The position numbers and the translations under genes are program-made. Positions 7,495 through 11,231 of a stretch of 11,231 nucleotides of DNA are shown in pieces; within the stretch, counting starts at the first letter, position 1, and the number at the start of each line of letters is the position of its first letter. Source of the stretch: Octopus sinensis (Eukaryota); NCBI RefSeq assembly GCF_006345805.1, contig NW_021827130.1, positions 1 to 11,231 of the forward strand, in the 5' to 3' direction. The notes under the pieces were generated by a model. That model worked only from the letters and a program-made list of their open reading frames with translations, ran no database searches and was not told where the DNA came from.

Positions 7495-8025
7495 GGCCTC
7501 AAATTTTGGCACAAGGTCAATAGTAATGATTATAATTTTTTGCAGTAATCAGACAACCTTGAGACAGAGTTGAAAAAGTCATAAAAGTAAAAATTTATTG
7601 GTATCTTGAGAAAAATTAATGTCTTTAAATTTAACGAATTCATTAATACACAGATGATTGTACTGAGTAACATTAATCAAAAATGTTATTGGGTATTAAT
7701 TAACCAGATAATTATAATGTTTTAAATACCAAAACACTAAATTTGTCACAGAGTTTGTTTTGAATTTAATTAAAATCTTCTTATCTTTCATCTTAACGAG
7801 TAGTTTGGCTCTACTTTGTGTTGGCAAGCTCGGAGATGTGAAACAGGACTGATGCTGTTGCAGGTTTTAACTGGTCTAGCAAGATTATAATCCCTGAGTC
7901 TGGCACCTGAGTAGTTCTATGCAAAATTTAATGGATGGTAGTGGGGGTAGGGGTGAACATAAATTAACACTCATGAAGAAACCTGCTTATTATTAGTAGT
8001 GAGTATGTAACTTTTACTATAATGA

Positions 8026-8310
8026 AATAATAATAATAATGAAATTATTGTATACAGTGCTCAGGTGCTCCACAACTTGTCAAAAGTGCATATAAAGCAT
8101 ATGCAGTAATGTACAAATGTCTGGAAAGCGAACAATGTATGAGTCAGATACATGCTTGTGTGTGTATGGAGGGGAGAAAATCAGGTGTAGTGTTGGCGAA
8201 TCTCAGGAAGCATGGAAGTTTTGAAGGATGCAGTGCTCCGACAACTAACAACTGATGCCAGCAGTTTGTTCCATGCTTCAGCAACTCTCAGCATGAAAAA
8301 GCGTTTCCTA
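8026..8310 (-). mobile_element. CR1/L2-like LINE 3' end, heavily 5'-truncated
   Basis: Minus strand RKRFFMLRVAEAWNKLLASVVSCRSTASFKTSMLPEIRQHYT* (stop 8181-8183) matches the CR1-group C-terminal FF..RV..WN.LP..VV...S...FK motif; 3' UTR and (ATT)n tail at 8026-8040. Confidence 0.75.
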
Positions 8311-8511
8311 AGAAAGCAGTTATTAAAGTTTACACTACCTAGAAGATTCTTACAAATTCCAATTTCAATAAAGAGCTCCGACAACTAACAACTGATGCCG
8401 GCAGTTTGTTCCATGCTTCAGCAACTCTCAGCGTGAAAAAATGTTTCCTAAGAAAGCAGTTATTAAAGTTTACACTACCTAGAAGATTCTTACAAATTCC
8501 AATTTCAATAA
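8232..8511. repeat. Exact head-to-tail 140-bp tandem duplication
   Basis: 8232-8371 vs 8372-8511, with 5 mismatches counted (8234, 8260, 8293, 8301, 8302). Confidence 0.95.
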
Positions 8512-8782
8512 TTTTTTTTTATTATCCAAGTGTTATTTTCAAGTTCTTTTATTATCGAAGGTTTTGACTACATGATTGAGTTAGAAAACAAATGTTAATT
8601 CACTTCAAGATAAAATCTTATGCTGTTAGCATTTTTCAAAAGCTTACTCCATTATCTTGAATGCCAAAGAGAGAGATATACTATCACAAACATATAGAAA
8701 ATCCTGTTCCAAACTACAGTATTAGAGTAAATTTTAATGCACGAACTGTTTGATGCTGTCAGCATCCAAATACACCATCTTT

Positions 8783-9172
8783 GGAGGCGCAATGGCCCAG
8801 TGGTTAGGGCAGTGGACTCGTGGTCATAGGATCGCGGTTTCGATTCCCAGACCGGGTGTTGTGAGTGTTTATTGAGCGAAAACACCTAAAGCTCCACGAG
8901 GCTCCGGCAGGGGATGGTGGTGATCCCTGCTGTACTCTTTCACCACAACTTTCTCTCACTCTTACTTCCTGTTTCTGTTGTACCTGTATTTCAAAGGGCC
9001 GGCCTTGTCACTCTCTGTGTCACGCTGAATATCCCCGAGAACTACGTTAAGGGTACACACGTCTGTGGAGTGCTCAGCCACTTACAGGTTAATTTCACGA
9101 GCAGGCTGTTCCGTTGATTCGGATTAACCGGAGCCCTCGTCGTCATAACCAACAGAGTGCTTTCATCAATCC
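8783..9172 (+). mobile_element. tRNA-derived SINE (third family) with 11-bp TSD
   Basis: A box TGGCCCAGTGG 8793-8803; B-box-like GGTTTCGATTCC 8836-8847; TSD ACACCATCTTT at 8772-8782 and 9173-9183. Confidence 0.85.
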
Positions 9173-9207
9173 ACACCATCTTTGAAATTATCAGTAAAAT
9201 CACTTGA

Positions 9208-9361
9208 GAAGAAACATGAACGGAAACTAAAAGAGATTAAAGGACATGTTTCTGGCACATATTTTGAACTCAGAATGTAAAGTTGAATGAAATACCACAA
9301 AGTATTTTGCCTGGAGTGCTAAACATTCTTCCAGCTCGCTGCCTTTTTTCCATATGTAATA
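9208..9361. repeat. 154-bp direct repeat, left copy (right copy 9771-9924), flanking a SINE A insertion
   Basis: Both copies are 154 bp with 4 substitutions counted. The segment includes what looks like an older minus-strand SINE head remnant (ttttgaactcagaa..ccagctcgc). Confidence 0.92.
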
Positions 9362-9770
9362 CTCTTTTACTCTTTTACTCTTTTACTTGTTTCAGTCATT
9401 TGACTGTGGCCATGCTGGAGCACCGCCTTTTAGTTGAGCAAATCGACCCCGGGACTTATTCTTTGTAAGCCAGTACTTATTCTATCGGTCTCTTTTGCCG
9501 AACCGCTAAGTGACGGGGACGAAAACACACCAGCATCATTTGTCAAGCAATACTAGAGGGACAAACACAGACACACACGCACATATATATATACATATAT
9601 ATACATATATACGACGGACTTCTTTCAGTTTCCGTCTACCAAATCCATTCACAAGGCTTTGGTCGGCCCGAGGCTATAGTAGAAGACACTTGCCCAAGGT
9701 GCCACGCAGTGGGACTGAACCCGGAACCATGTGGTTGGTAAGCAAGCTACTTACCACACAGCCACTCCTT
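9360..9770 (-). mobile_element. Full-length SINE family A (head, internal TA tract, body, (AAAAGAGT)n tail)
   Basis: Reverse complement of 10261-10660 at roughly 90% by eye; tail repeat tactctttt x3 at 9360-9386. Confidence 0.92.
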
Positions 9771-10045
9771 GAAGAAACATGAACGGAAACTAAAAGAGAT
9801 TAAAGGACATGTTCCTGGCACATATTTTGAACTCAGAATGTAAAGTTGAATGAAATACCACAAAGCATTTTGCCTGGAGTGCTAAAAATTCTTCCAGCTC
9901 GCTGTCTTTTTTCCATATGTAATAATAAATTTTTTTATTATATCAGTGTTTGTTTTGATATTAAGATTGAAAACAAAATCATACTTATTTTGTTTTTGGA
10001 TTTGGTTTGCAAGATTCTTTATGTGAGTTTGTGTGTTGAAGCATA

Positions 10046-10739
10046 TTGTATCTGGGGAGAGTCATTTTCTTTTTGTGCCTTATAATTTAACACACTCACC
10101 GGTAAAATTTCCACTTATTTCCTACTTTTATTTGCCTAAAATTTTCATTGCGTCTTGCAACCTTTTCAATAGTCTTGACTCTCTCTACCACTATGGTAGA
10201 GTCAAGACTATTGAAAAGGTTGCAAGATGCAATGATAATTTTAGGAAAATATAAATAAGGTGCAGGAGTGGCTGTGTGGTAAGTAGCTTGCTAACCAACC
10301 ACATGGTTCCGGGTTCAGTCCCACTGCTTGGCATCTTGGGCAACTGTCTTCTGCTATCGCCCCGGGCCGACCAATGCCTTGTGAGTGGATTTGGTAGACG
10401 GAAACAGAAAGAAGCCTGTCGTATATATGTATATATATATATAAGTGTGTGTGTATATGTTTGTGTGTCTGTGTTTTCCCCCTAGCATTGCTTGACAACC
10501 AATGCTGGTGTGTTTACGTCCCCGTCACTTAGCGGTTCGGCAAAAGAGACCGATAGAATAAGTACTGGGCTTACAAAGAATAAGTCCTGGGGTCGATTTG
10601 CTCGACTAAAGGCGGTGCTCCAGCATGGCTGCAGTCAAATGACTGAAACAAGTAAAAGAGTAAGGAATAAGTGGAAATTTTACTGGTGAGTGTGTTAAAT
10701 TATAAGGCACAAAAAGAAAATGACTCTCCCCAAATACAA
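10046..10739. mobile_element. Palindromic foldback/MITE-like element interrupted by SINE A
   Basis: Left arm 10046-10190 pairs with 10194-10260 plus 10661-10739 (e.g. ggggagagtcattttctttttgtgccttataatttaacacactcacc / ggtgagtgtgttaaattataaggcacaaaaagaaaatgactctcccc); 3-nt loop at 10191-10193. Confidence 0.85.
10261..10660 (+). mobile_element. Full-length SINE family A
   Basis: A-box-like TGGCTGTGTGG 10269-10279; B-box-like GGTTCAGTCCC 10312-10322; internal TA/TG tract about 10412-10465; possible 5-bp TSD TAAGG at 10256-10260 and 10661-10665. Confidence 0.92.
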
Positions 10740-10861
10740 CAGAAAATCATCCTTGTTTTAAAAATAAATGGACCTGAGTGTGGACTCGTTAAGCAAATTT
10801 CATCCTCGGGCAACAGTAAACGAACATTGAATCTTGATGCAAAGTCTCAGGTTAGATCAGT

Positions 10862-11084
10862 TTAAACCATTTTGTTACCATGAGTCTGTTGAAATATGTT
10901 GCCTTTGTTTTAATTAATCTTGAAAATAACAAAGAATTTAGTAAAATGGCTTTGTCATCGTTAAGCCAATAATTAGGGCAAATTAACATGGAATTTTGGG
11001 GTCACGGTTTTAATTTGGATCACTTTCAAATAGAAAATTTTTCAGGGATAGTCTTGTGGGGTGAGTTGGTATCAAAAAGGTTAA
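10862..11084. mobile_element. piggyBac-like MITE with TTAA flanks
   Basis: TTAA at 10862-10865 and 11081-11084; imperfect TIR ccattttgttacca (10867-10880) vs reverse complement of 11067-11080 cctttttgatacca (12/14). Confidence 0.6.
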
Positions 11085-11102
11085 ACCAAAATATTTGTCA
11101 AT

Positions 11103-11154
11103 ATCATCATCATCATCATCATCATCATCCTCATCATCATCGTCATCATCATCC
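11103..11154. repeat. (CAT)n microsatellite
   Basis: Direct reading. Confidence 0.95.
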
Positions 11155-11231
11155 TGTTGAACCATCCAAACATGCCAACATAGCAAACAACAGACATTAT
11201 ACACTGCTGCTGTAGATTGCTCTCTCTTTCT

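Noticed and set aside
7148-7573. Poly-Asn/Ile/Met and poly-Tyr/Ser ORFs
   Set aside because: These are (AAT)/(GAT) microsatellite artefacts.
7495-8020. AT-rich stretch checked for TIRs, exons and RNA genes
   Set aside because: I found no convincing inverted termini, open frame with splice sites or structured RNA.
9208-9924. Direct repeats read as LTRs or a CRISPR-like array
   Set aside because: There are only two copies, with no TG..CA ends, PBS or PPT, and the interior is a complete SINE in a eukaryotic context.
11160-11200. Possible degraded SINE tail remnant (ccatccaaacatgccaacatag..)
   Set aside because: It is too short and diverged to support from the window alone.

Overview
AT-rich, repeat-saturated eukaryotic DNA with no confidently identifiable host gene. 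The SINE families and microsatellite load resemble octopus (coleoid cephalopod) DNA; this is inferred from recalled repeat sequences, not a search. The centrepiece (2786-5530) is a 5'-truncated Penelope-like retroelement (RT plus GIY-YIG, minus strand) with an inverted copy of about 0.95 kb of its own 3' end. Each arm carries a hammerhead-ribozyme-like fold, and the unit sits in the internal (TA)n tract of a SINE, splitting it in two. Other contents: a near-intact tRNA-Thr(CGT) fused to a SINE-type tail, several tRNA-derived SINEs (one flanked by a 154-bp direct duplication), an R4/Dong-like RLE LINE 3' end in an (AAT)n tract, a CR1-like 3' end, a palindromic foldback element, a TTAA-flanked MITE and many simple repeats. 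Most long ORFs in the track are microsatellite artefacts. Coordinates and mismatch counts were read by eye.
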